From a virus (taxonomy: Duplodnaviria; Caudoviricetes): a stretch of DNA of 24,066 nt. Under the pieces are notes generated by a model. It saw nothing but the letters and a program-made list of their open reading frames with translations. It had not been told where the DNA came from and ran no database searches. Shown one piece after another: positions 1 through 7,498 of the stretch (positions are counted from its first letter, which is position 1; each line of letters opens with the position of its first letter). The position numbers were made by a program, and so were the translations under genes. Location: positions 1 through 24,066 of IMG/VR virus record IMGVR_UViG_3300020044_000655, one strand, 5' to 3'.

Positions 1-1206
1 GGTGAATTCTTGCTGGACTTGGCTGTGGGTACAGCCTGCATGATGGTTCAGCCTGGTGACGATGTCAATCCAATCAACTTCATCCCTGTGCCACTGTTCT
101 TGGTGAGCTACGAAGAGGGTGCAAATGGTCAGGTGGACAACGTCTACCGCCGTATGCGTATGAAGGGCGAGGCTATCCAGCGCCAGTGGCCTGATGCCGA
201 GATCCCAGAAGAGATGGCTAGACGCATTGAGAACAAGCCAACAGATGAGATCGAGCTGTTGGAGGCCACCATCTATGACGCAAACCGTGGTGACTATTGC
301 TACCATGTGATTGACCGTGTCAGCAAGAACGAGATTGTCTACCGCCGCCGCAAGATGTCGCCATGGGTGATCAGCCGCTACATGAAGGTGGCTGGTGAGA
401 TCTATGGTCGTGGGCCATTGATTACTGCCCTGCCCGACATCAAGACGCTGAACAAGACCAAAGAGTTGTTGCTCAAGAACGCATCCTTGGCTGTGGCTGG
501 CGTATATACAGCGGCAGACGATGGCGTGTTGAACCCCAACACCGTCAAGATTGTCCCTGGTGCGATCATCCCAGTGGCTCGAAACGGTGGGCCACAAGGC
601 GCTGCCCTGCAACCATTGCCCAGATCAGGCGACTTCAACGTCAGCCAGTTGATCATCAATGACATGGTGCAGAACATCAAGCGCATCTTGCTGGATGAAT
701 CGTTGCCACCAGACAACATGAGCGCCCGATCTGCCACTGAGATTGTTGAGCGCATGAAGGAACTGGCTCAGAACTTGGGTTCAGCCTTTGGTCGTCTGAT
801 CAATGAAACCATGATCCCACTGGTTGCCAAGATCCTTGAGGTCATGGACGAGCGTGGTTTGATCGATATGCCTTTGCGTGTCAATGGGCTGGAGGTCAAG
901 GTTGTGCCAGTGGCTCCATTGGCTATGGCTCAGAACATGGAAGAGGTCAATGCCATCATGCAGTTTATGCAGATTGCACAAGGGCTTGGCACAGATGGTC
1001 AGTTGGCTATCAAGGGTGATGTGTTGGTCGATTACTTGGCTGACAAGCTGGGTGTACCCGCAGCGGTCAGGAATACCAAGGCTGAACGTGCTGTGCTGAT
1101 GGAAGACATGCAGAACCAGCAGATGCAACAAGCCATGGCACAGCAACAACAGATGGCTATGGAGGCTCAGGGAGCCTTGCCAGCGCCAGCAGGAGCGCCA
1201 GCTTGA
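1..1206 (+). CDS. Portal / head-tail connector protein, T7 gp8/BPP-1-like (5'-truncated)
   Basis: Frame is open from base 1. Motifs GEIYGRGP, ALPDIKTLN, SATEIVER and LGSAFGRL are typical of podoviral head-to-tail connectors, and the gene lies upstream of scaffold and capsid. Confidence 0.92.
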   Translation, partial: GEFLLDLAVGTACMMVQPGDDVNPINFIPVPLFLVSYEEGANGQVDNVYRRMRMKGEAIQRQWPDAEIPEEMARRIENKPTDEIELLEATIYDANRGDYCYHVIDRVSKNEIVYRRRKMSPWVISRYMKVAGEIYGRGPLITALPDIKTLNKTKELLLKNASLAVAGVYTAADDGVLNPNTVKIVPGAIIPVARNGGPQGAALQPLPRSGDFNVSQLIINDMVQNIKRILLDESLPPDNMSARSATEIVERMKELAQNLGSAFGRLINETMIPLVAKILEVMDERGLIDMPLRVNGLEVKVVPVAPLAMAQNMEEVNAIMQFMQIAQGLGTDGQLAIKGDVLVDYLADKLGVPAAVRNTKAERAVLMEDMQNQQMQQAMAQQQQMAMEAQGALPAPAGAPA

Positions 1207-1466
1207 GTTGGGAAGAGCTAGAGGCTATAGGCCAGCCTACGGATGTCAGGGAAGTCGAGCAAAAGAGGGATGATCTTGCCAGACTTACCCTGCGGGTCTT
1301 TGGCACTGAGGACGGCTTGAAGCTGCTTCAGTGGCTCAAGGATATGTATGTGAATGTACCTGTCGCCGTGCCAGGCACAGACCCCTCACACGCCTACTTT
1401 GCCGAAGGGCAGAGGACGGTGGTAAGGGAAATTGAAGCACGGATTAACCAAGCGAGGAAAATTTGA
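1203..1466 (+). CDS. Small conserved phage protein, Bbp19-like
   Basis: 87 aa with VFGTEDGLKLLQWL and AYFAEGQRTVV motifs. It sits between portal and scaffold, and its TTG start overlaps the portal stop (TTGA). Confidence 0.8.
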   Translation: MSWEELEAIGQPTDVREVEQKRDDLARLTLRVFGTEDGLKLLQWLKDMYVNVPVAVPGTDPSHAYFAEGQRTVVREIEARINQARKI

Positions 1467-2257
1467 CCACTGAAGCAACAACTGACCAACCCGCATCCAG
1501 CGGCCTATTGGACAATGTGCAAGTGACTGATGTAAGCACTCCATCAAACCCACAAGCCGTAGAGATTGAACACCGATCTGACACCACTGCGGCTACCAGT
1601 ACAGCGCCTACAGGGGCAGATGATCCCTTAGAGCGTCCTGACTTTTGGCCTGAGAACTTCTGGAAGAAAGACTCCAACGAGCCTGATCTAGAAGGAATTG
1701 CCAAGAGCTGGTCAGATCTGCGTAAGCAAATCAGCCAAGGCAAGCACAAAGCGCCAGCAGACGGCAATTACGACATGAAAGCCTTTGGCGACAATGCTGA
1801 AAGCAATCCAATTGCCACTACCCTGACCAACTGGGCAAAGGAAAACGGCTTATCCCAAGCGGCATTTGACGACTTGGTAGGCAACCTGCAAACCCAAGCG
1901 CAAGAGATCATGGGCGCTGACATGGTAGACCCAGCGGAGGAGCTGAAAGCCCTTGGCCCTAATGGGAAAGCCATGGTAGACGGCATGGTGAACTGGGCTA
2001 GGGGACTGGTCAACAAGGGTGTATGGTCACCTGATGATTTCGAGGAATTCAAAATCATGGGCGGTACTGCTCGTGGCATCAGGGCTTTGATGAAGGTCAG
2101 AGAGTCTTACGAAGGTAGAATTCCAATTGAGTCTGCACCGTTGCCAGGCGCAGCGAGCAAGGATGAGCTGTACCAAATGGTGCAAGATCCCAAGTACAAG
2201 ACTGACGCTGCCTACAGACAAAAGGTTGAAAAGATGTTCCAAGCGACATTTAAGTAA
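1463..2257 (+). CDS. Putative capsid scaffolding/assembly protein
   Basis: 264 aa, acidic low-complexity N-terminus, RPDFWPENFW motif and C-terminal DPKYKTDAAYRQKVEKMF, which resembles T7 gp9-type scaffold ends. Synteny agrees. Confidence 0.75.
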   Translation: MTTEATTDQPASSGLLDNVQVTDVSTPSNPQAVEIEHRSDTTAATSTAPTGADDPLERPDFWPENFWKKDSNEPDLEGIAKSWSDLRKQISQGKHKAPADGNYDMKAFGDNAESNPIATTLTNWAKENGLSQAAFDDLVGNLQTQAQEIMGADMVDPAEELKALGPNGKAMVDGMVNWARGLVNKGVWSPDDFEEFKIMGGTARGIRALMKVRESYEGRIPIESAPLPGAASKDELYQMVQDPKYKTDAAYRQKVEKMFQATFK

Positions 2258-2284
2258 AATCTCCAAGGCAAGCAGTTGCCCTTT

Positions 2285-2310
2285 GCCCCTGCTTGACAGG
2301 GGCTTTTTTT
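2285..2310 (+). terminator. Rho-independent terminator after scaffold gene
   Basis: GCCCCTG-CTTGA-CAGGGGC hairpin followed by T7. Confidence 0.85.
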
Positions 2311-2320
2311 CGGCTATACT
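2293..2320 (+). promoter_or_regulatory. Sigma70-type promoter overlapping the terminator
   Basis: TTGACA (2293-2298), 16-bp spacer, TATACT (2315-2320). The predicted start near 2326-2328 coincides with the first RNA hairpin. Confidence 0.75.
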
Positions 2321-2327
2321 CCAAACC

Positions 2328-2432
2328 GTTGTCGTGACACACAACAAGTCAGCCGCTTCATTAAGTATCTTTCCCACTGAGCAATCGTGTGGGGTGTCAC
2401 AAAGGTACTTAGTCAAGCGGCTTTTTTGTTTT
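2328..2432 (+). ncRNA. C4-antisense-like structured RNA / attenuator
   Basis: Small hairpin GTTGT/ACAAC with loop CGTGACAC. Long helix 2351-2372/2401-2422 with one C-C mismatch, apical GCAA tetraloop, and a 7-nt bulge GTGTCAC (2394-2400) exactly complementary to GTGACAC (2334-2340). U-tract follows. Confidence 0.7.
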
Positions 2433-2437
2433 CACAA

Positions 2438-2606
2438 TGACTGTTTTTTCAGATTGAAGCGTGATGTGGTGGCACGGTTGCACAATTGGTGCATCGCCTC
2501 TTCTGTGGCTACTTGTTTGAATAGCGTTTTCTAGAGCGCATGATATACATCAAGGTGTGTTAGAGGTCTATCTGGTTCGACTCCAGACAATCTGAAAAAG
2601 CAGTCA
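2438..2606 (+). ncRNA. tRNA-like element with extended closing stem and oversized variable region
   Basis: 19-bp terminal helix 2438-2456/2588-2606 (one G-U). Canonical T-arm TCTGG-TTCGACT-CCAGA (2571-2587) and D-like arm CGTG-ATGTGGTGG-CACG (2460-2476). No canonical anticodon loop and no CCA. Confidence 0.65.
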
Positions 2607-2611
2607 AGACA

Positions 2612-2888
2612 ACCGTCAGGGCGCGTTAGCTGATGGTCTGCATGGACTGAACCCAAGAAACACAGGGCTTGGATTACACCCCCAAGATAACCCTACTAGC
2701 CTGTCAGCGAGGGACTAGGGTAGATATTGGTACATGGGTGGGACAAGCCAATATTGGATGAATCGCTGCCTCAAGGGTTTACTGGGATGGTTGGCTTTGG
2801 GGGGAGTTATTAGATTAACTACCCCTTAAAGCATGACCCTCTGGGTAGGGCTGGATAGCATTGGCTACCACCCTTGGGGAAGCTATGC
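2612..2888 (+). ncRNA. Candidate large structured RNA of unknown class
   Basis: No credible ORF. Hairpin 2612-2637, long-range closing helices GCATGG/CTATGC and CCCAAG/CTTGGG, internal stems at 2723-2755, 2801-2825 and 2852-2870, and candidate pseudoknot CAGCGA/TCGCTG. Confidence 0.55.
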
Positions 2889-2899
2889 CTAAATAAATG

Positions 2900-2930
2900 T
2901 TGACACACTGGGAAAAGTGATATATATAAT
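2900..2930 (+). promoter_or_regulatory. Sigma70-type promoter for the capsid operon
   Basis: TTGACA at 2900-2905 with AT-rich upstream sequence. TATAAT at 2925-2930 (19-bp spacer) or TATATA at 2923-2928 (17-bp spacer). Confidence 0.6.
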
Positions 2931-2938
2931 GTAAGCAT

Positions 2939-3072
2939 AGGCATATCTGGCAACAGACCCTTAACCGCAGTGGATGCTGTAGATTGGCTGGCTTAACCAG
3001 CAAGCATTCGGCCCTGACTCTCAGGCTTACCGTGGCGAGAACCCTGATCAATTAACTAAACGAGGTATCCAA
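2939..3072 (+). promoter_or_regulatory. Structured 5' leader of the major capsid mRNA
   Basis: Hairpins at 2939-2961 (GCAA loop), 2987-3001 and 3009-3032. Shine-Dalgarno GAGGT at 3062-3066. Confidence 0.55.
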
Positions 3073-3915
3073 ATGAGCGTTTCTCTATCCAACGCCTTTG
3101 TTACTCTGTTCGATGCGGAAGTCAAGCAAGCCTACCAAGGTAAGGCAATGCTGGTTCCAGCGGTTCGCCAGCGTCGTGGAGTCGAAGGTTCAACTGTAAA
3201 GTTCCCTAAAGTCGGTCGTGGTGTTGCCACTGTCCGTGTTCCCCAAACTGATGTCACCCCTCTGAACGTAGCATTCAGCACCGTCACTTGTACGTTGGCT
3301 GATTACAACGCGGCTGAGTACAGCGACATCTTCTCTCAAGCTAAAGTCAACTTTGACGAGCGTCAAGAATTGGTGCAAGTTGTTGCTGGCGCTATGGGTC
3401 GCCGTCAAGACCAGATGATTCTGGACGCATTGGCTGCTTCTTCTACCAGCTTGACTGTTGCCAACAGCGTTGGTGGTGCAACCACTAACATGAACGTAGC
3501 CAAGCTGCGTGAAGCCAAGCGTTTGTTGGACAAAGGTAATGTGCCACCCGATGGTCGCAATATCATCATCCACGCTAACGGTTTGGCAAACTTGCTGTCT
3601 GAAACCAGCGTTACCAGCTCCGACTTCAACAGTGTGAAAGCATTGGTGCAAGGCGACATCAACACATTCTTGGGATTCACATTCCATGTGTTGGGTGACC
3701 GCTCTGAAGGTGGCTTGGCAATTGACGGTTCTTTGGATCGTACTTGCTTTGCATTCCACAAGGATGCAGTGGGCTACGCCGAAGGTCTTGCCATGCGTAC
3801 TGAGATCAACTACATCCCTGAGAAAACCTCTTGGTTGGTGAATGAAGTCTTCAGTGCTGGTGCAATCGCCATTGATGCGGAAGGTATCGTTCAGATCACC
3901 TGCCGTGAATCTTAA
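3073..3915 (+). CDS. Major capsid protein (BPP-1-like podovirus type)
   Basis: 280 aa, strong RBS. Motifs AFVTLFDAEVKQAYQG, TSSDFN, GDINTFLGFTF and EINYIPEK are characteristic. Position follows the scaffold. Confidence 0.9.
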   Translation: MSVSLSNAFVTLFDAEVKQAYQGKAMLVPAVRQRRGVEGSTVKFPKVGRGVATVRVPQTDVTPLNVAFSTVTCTLADYNAAEYSDIFSQAKVNFDERQELVQVVAGAMGRRQDQMILDALAASSTSLTVANSVGGATTNMNVAKLREAKRLLDKGNVPPDGRNIIIHANGLANLLSETSVTSSDFNSVKALVQGDINTFLGFTFHVLGDRSEGGLAIDGSLDRTCFAFHKDAVGYAEGLAMRTEINYIPEKTSWLVNEVFSAGAIAIDAEGIVQITCRES

Positions 3916-3929
3916 TCTAGGAGACTAAC

Positions 3930-4211
3930 ATGGCTTTTTCATCTACAGGCTTTAACGCAATTGGTGGTCAATCAAAGGCTGGCAATGCTCCCGCAATCTA
4001 TACCTACACCAGCACTGACGCTCAAAGCGTTATCCGTGCATCTGGGTATTTCAATTCGGTGGCTTCCATCCTCAAGGTTGGCGACTTGATCTTTTGCTAC
4101 TCAGCAACTGGTGGCACTCCTGTAATGTCTACCGCTTATGTGAACTCAAACACAGGTACTGTGGTTGACATCACTGACGGTGTGACCGTTACTGCAACTG
4201 ACACTGATTAA
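3930..4211 (+). CDS. Small virion protein (capsid decoration/cement candidate)
   Basis: 93 aa, beta-rich, GYFN..LKVGDLI motif, strong RBS AGGAG. Lies between capsid and the hairpin terminator. Confidence 0.65.
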   Translation: MAFSSTGFNAIGGQSKAGNAPAIYTYTSTDAQSVIRASGYFNSVASILKVGDLIFCYSATGGTPVMSTAYVNSNTGTVVDITDGVTVTATDTD

Positions 4212-4228
4212 TCGGTAGTCGACTGAGT

Positions 4229-4267
4229 AGGCCATCTTCTGGGGATTCTCGGAGGATGGCCTTTCTT
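4229..4267 (+). terminator. Long hairpin, probably a leaky terminator after the capsid genes
   Basis: 15-bp stem AGGCCATCTTCTGGG/CTCGGAGGATGGCCT (three G-U) followed by a short TTCTT tract. The position is analogous to T7 T-phi. Confidence 0.65.
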
Positions 4268-4283
4268 ACATTGAGAGGCACAT

Positions 4284-4898
4284 ATGGCAGCAGGCGATAC
4301 AGGAATTTCAATTTGCTCAGATGCATTGATCATGCTGGGAGCCAAGGCTATTACGTCTTTCAACGATGGCACTGATGAGTCCAGTGCTTGTGATCGCTTG
4401 TATGGCGACATCAGAGACTCTACGCTTGCCACCTATCCGTGGACATTTAGCTTCAAAAAGATTCAACTGGCGCAGTTGCTGACAGCACCAACTTCCGTGT
4501 GGAAGTACCAGTATCAACTGCCTGGCGACAAAATCTCCAACCCTCGTGCTGTGTACAACTCACCAAATTCTGGCAGTCCTGTGCAAAAGGATTGGGAGAT
4601 CCAAGGCGATGTCTTGTTGACCAACCTGACCAGCGTCTACATTGATTACCAGTACAGCCTTGGCGAGTACGCCATGCCCCAATACTTTGTCCAACTGCTC
4701 AAGTACATGATGGCTTGGCACTTGGCAATGCCCATTACCGAACAATCAGACAAGGCCCAATACTGGCAGCGTGTTGCCATTGGCGACATTTCAGAGAATG
4801 GTCGTGGCGGGTACTTCCGCACAGCCATGCAAATTGATGGACAGAACAACCCAGTGCGGGTGATCGAAGATTACAGCCTGATTGCAGTGAGGAACTGA
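4284..4898 (+). CDS. Tail tubular protein A (adaptor, T7 gp11-like)
   Basis: ICSDALIMLGAKAI, YPWTFS and YQYQLPGD motifs; synteny. Confidence 0.85.
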   Translation: MAAGDTGISICSDALIMLGAKAITSFNDGTDESSACDRLYGDIRDSTLATYPWTFSFKKIQLAQLLTAPTSVWKYQYQLPGDKISNPRAVYNSPNSGSPVQKDWEIQGDVLLTNLTSVYIDYQYSLGEYAMPQYFVQLLKYMMAWHLAMPITEQSDKAQYWQRVAIGDISENGRGGYFRTAMQIDGQNNPVRVIEDYSLIAVRN

Positions 4899-6883
4899 TG
4901 GCACGTTTTGTTGACGTTACCACCAACTTTTCCACAGGAGAGCTTGATCCTTTGCTCCGTGCAAGGGTGGATCTAGCTACCTACTCCAATGCGTTGGCAA
5001 AGGCGACAAACGTACTAATCCAGCCCCAAGGTGGTTTGCGCCGCAGACCAGGCTTGAAGCACATCCTAGAGCTTCCCAACAGCAGTACCCCATCAGCAGG
5101 CAATGGTGTGCGCCTTGTGCCGTTCCAGTTCTCTGTGGACGACAGCTACATGTTGTGTTTCACCCATCAGCGCATGTACGTCATCAAGGCTGGCGCTGTT
5201 GTCTCCAACATCAATGGCACTGGTAACAACTACCTGACCACCACCGTCACATCAAGCATGGTTGACGACATGTGCTGGACTCAGTCTGCCGATACGCTGA
5301 TCGTTGTCCACCCAGACTTACAGCCAGTCAAGATTGTGCGTGGCGCTTCAGATTCTTTGTGGACGGCTACATCGATCACATTTGACAGCATCCCTAAGTA
5401 TGCTTTCACGCTTACCACCACCAACCCAGCGGCGACACTGACACCAAGTGCTGTCTCTGGAAACATCACATTGACGGCATCTGCTGGTGTATTTACCGCA
5501 GGTAGCGTCAACCAATATGTGAATGTGAGTCCACAGGGTCGTGCAAGGATTGTGGCGTATACCAGCAGTACTGTTGTGAGCGCCATCACAGAATATCCAT
5601 TTTTTAGCACCGCAGCAGTTGCAAGTGGCAGCTGGGAGTATGAGTCTGGCTATGAAGATGTGTGGTCGTCTGGCAAAGGCTGGCCTAGATCGGTGACTTT
5701 CCATGAAGGTCGCCTGTACTTTGGTGGCTCCAAGTCACGCCCATCTACCGTTTGGGGTAGCAAGATTGCGCTGTTCTTTGACTTTGTGCCAACAGAGTCT
5801 TTGGATGATGATGCGGTTGAAGCCACGCTGGACACCAACGAATTGAACGTGATCACTGACATTATCAGCTCTCGTGACTTCCAAGTGTTCACGACTGGTG
5901 GTGAGTTCTATGTGCCTCAGTCTGGTACAGATCCAATCACGCCATTAACATTCACATTTAAGAACGTCAGCAGAAACGGCATCAAGCCTGGCACTCGTGT
6001 GCAGTCTGTTGACTCTGGCTCTGTGTACATCCAGCGCCAAGGCAAGTCGCTCAACGAGTTTGTGTTCTCTGACACTCAGTTGACCTACATCACTCAGCGC
6101 ATCTCGCTGTTTTCTGGTCATTTGCTGAAGAACCCTGAGCGCATTGCACTGCGCCGTGCGTCCAGCACAGAGGACGCTGATTTGCTGTTAATGACCAATA
6201 CGCAAGATGGCAGTATGGCGGCATTCAGCGTTATGCGATCACAGCAGGTCACAAGCCCATCTGAGTTCACAACCGATGGCAGATTCTTGGACGTTGGCGT
6301 AGATATCACCAACATATACACAGTCACCAAGCGCACATTCAATTCTGTTGACAGGTATTTTGTTGAGCTGTTTTCAGATACGCTGTTCACAGATTGCGCA
6401 TTCATTGGTGGTGCTGCGGCAAGCGCCAGCAGTTTGCCTCACATTGGCAAGGCTTTGAACGTGATTACCGATGGCGTGGTGCAGTCCAATGAGACTGTCA
6501 GCGGTGGTGGTTCCGTGACGTTTGACCGTGCCAGCACAACATCGTATGAGGTTGGTTTGCCAATCACTGTGTACGTCAAGACCATGCCTGTTGAGGTCAA
6601 GTTGCAGACTGGCTCTCGTTTATCGTTCAAAAAGCGCATTGTGGAGATCAGCCCAGTTGTGAAAGACACACAACACATGATCATCAACAATCAGCCAGTG
6701 GCTTTCAGGTTGTTTGACAATCCATTGCTTGATGACCCTGAGCCTACATTTACTGGCGTTAAGCGTGTGAATGGCGTACTTGGCTACAGTAGAGAACAAT
6801 CCATTGAAGTACAACAAAACCTACCCTTGAAGATGACCTTGCTTGGCTTGGACTACAGGGTGGCGGTACATCCAGGGACATAA
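4898..6883 (+). CDS. Tail tubular protein B (nozzle, T7 gp12-like)
   Basis: 661 aa with NFSTGELDPLLRAR, PQGGLRRRPG, GWPRSVTFHEGRLYFGG and C-terminal PLKMTLLGL. Confidence 0.9.
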   Translation: MARFVDVTTNFSTGELDPLLRARVDLATYSNALAKATNVLIQPQGGLRRRPGLKHILELPNSSTPSAGNGVRLVPFQFSVDDSYMLCFTHQRMYVIKAGAVVSNINGTGNNYLTTTVTSSMVDDMCWTQSADTLIVVHPDLQPVKIVRGASDSLWTATSITFDSIPKYAFTLTTTNPAATLTPSAVSGNITLTASAGVFTAGSVNQYVNVSPQGRARIVAYTSSTVVSAITEYPFFSTAAVASGSWEYESGYEDVWSSGKGWPRSVTFHEGRLYFGGSKSRPSTVWGSKIALFFDFVPTESLDDDAVEATLDTNELNVITDIISSRDFQVFTTGGEFYVPQSGTDPITPLTFTFKNVSRNGIKPGTRVQSVDSGSVYIQRQGKSLNEFVFSDTQLTYITQRISLFSGHLLKNPERIALRRASSTEDADLLLMTNTQDGSMAAFSVMRSQQVTSPSEFTTDGRFLDVGVDITNIYTVTKRTFNSVDRYFVELFSDTLFTDCAFIGGAAASASSLPHIGKALNVITDGVVQSNETVSGGGSVTFDRASTTSYEVGLPITVYVKTMPVEVKLQTGSRLSFKKRIVEISPVVKDTQHMIINNQPVAFRLFDNPLLDDPEPTFTGVKRVNGVLGYSREQSIEVQQNLPLKMTLLGLDYRVAVHPGT

Positions 6884-6886
6884 AAA

Positions 6887-7498
6887 ATGGTAACAAACTA
6901 CGAAGCAGCAGCAGGATTCATAACGGCTTATGGGCAATCACAAGCCCAGCAAGCTGCCGCTATCAATCAGCAAACTGGCTACATGGTGCAAGCCAGAGAC
7001 AACTTGGCTATTGCTGGTGTTCGTGCCGACATGGACAACCAGTACGCAGAGATCCAAGCTGGTCGTATTCTGAAGAAGGCAGAGAATGAAGCTATGAACT
7101 ACCAGATCGCTGGTAACTCATTGCTGAAGAATATGCGAGCAACCAATGCTTCCATGCGAGCAAGGGCAGCGGCAAGTGGTGTGGTTGTTGGAGAAGGATC
7201 ATTTGCTGGTGTTGCTCGTGAGAATGTAGCGGCAACCATGCGTGACGTTGGCATTGCTGATTTAAATGCGTTGACAGCCAAGGTGCTTGGCTTTGAAGAT
7301 GCAAGCGCCATGATCCAGTCAACACAGTATCAGACATTCTTGAACAACTTTGCTGCCAAGCGTCAAGCTGGTCAATACGAGATGGCGGCTTCTGCTGCTC
7401 GTACACAAGGTAATTTGCTGTCTAATTACACATTGCTAAAAGGTGGTATGGACTTGGCTAAAACTTATGTGCCATCAGCGCCTAAGAAAGGAACGTAA
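6887..7498 (+). CDS. Putative internal virion (ejection) protein, gp14-like
   Basis: Ala/Gln-rich helical protein with RARAAASGVVVGEGS motif, located after the nozzle gene. Confidence 0.7.
   Translation: MVTNYEAAAGFITAYGQSQAQQAAAINQQTGYMVQARDNLAIAGVRADMDNQYAEIQAGRILKKAENEAMNYQIAGNSLLKNMRATNASMRARAAASGVVVGEGSFAGVARENVAATMRDVGIADLNALTAKVLGFEDASAMIQSTQYQTFLNNFAAKRQAGQYEMAASAARTQGNLLSNYTLLKGGMDLAKTYVPSAPKKGT

Noticed and set aside
2027-2534. ORFs 2127..2534 (+) and 2027..2416 (-) crossing the non-coding block
   Set aside because: They overlap the scaffold gene and run through terminator and promoter signals. They have no RBS and atypical composition, and RNA structure explains the sequence better.
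2450-2595. Canonical tRNA, tmRNA or YrlA-type Y RNA
   Set aside because: There is no U8, U33, normal anticodon loop or CCA. It is too short for tmRNA and lacks a tag ORF and G3-U70 pair. The D-then-T order with an open extended acceptor does not match the permuted YrlA layout.
2612-2888. Group I/II intron or RNase P RNA
   Set aside because: It does not interrupt a gene, and I could not find the P7 pairing, a domain V hairpin or the RNase P P4 signature.
2815-3051. 78-aa minus-strand ORF upstream of the capsid gene
   Set aside because: Antisense to the capsid promoter and leader, with no RBS or recognisable motif.
3880-3930. T7 10A/10B-style capsid frameshift
   Set aside because: No slippery sequence near the capsid stop, and the downstream gene has its own strong RBS.
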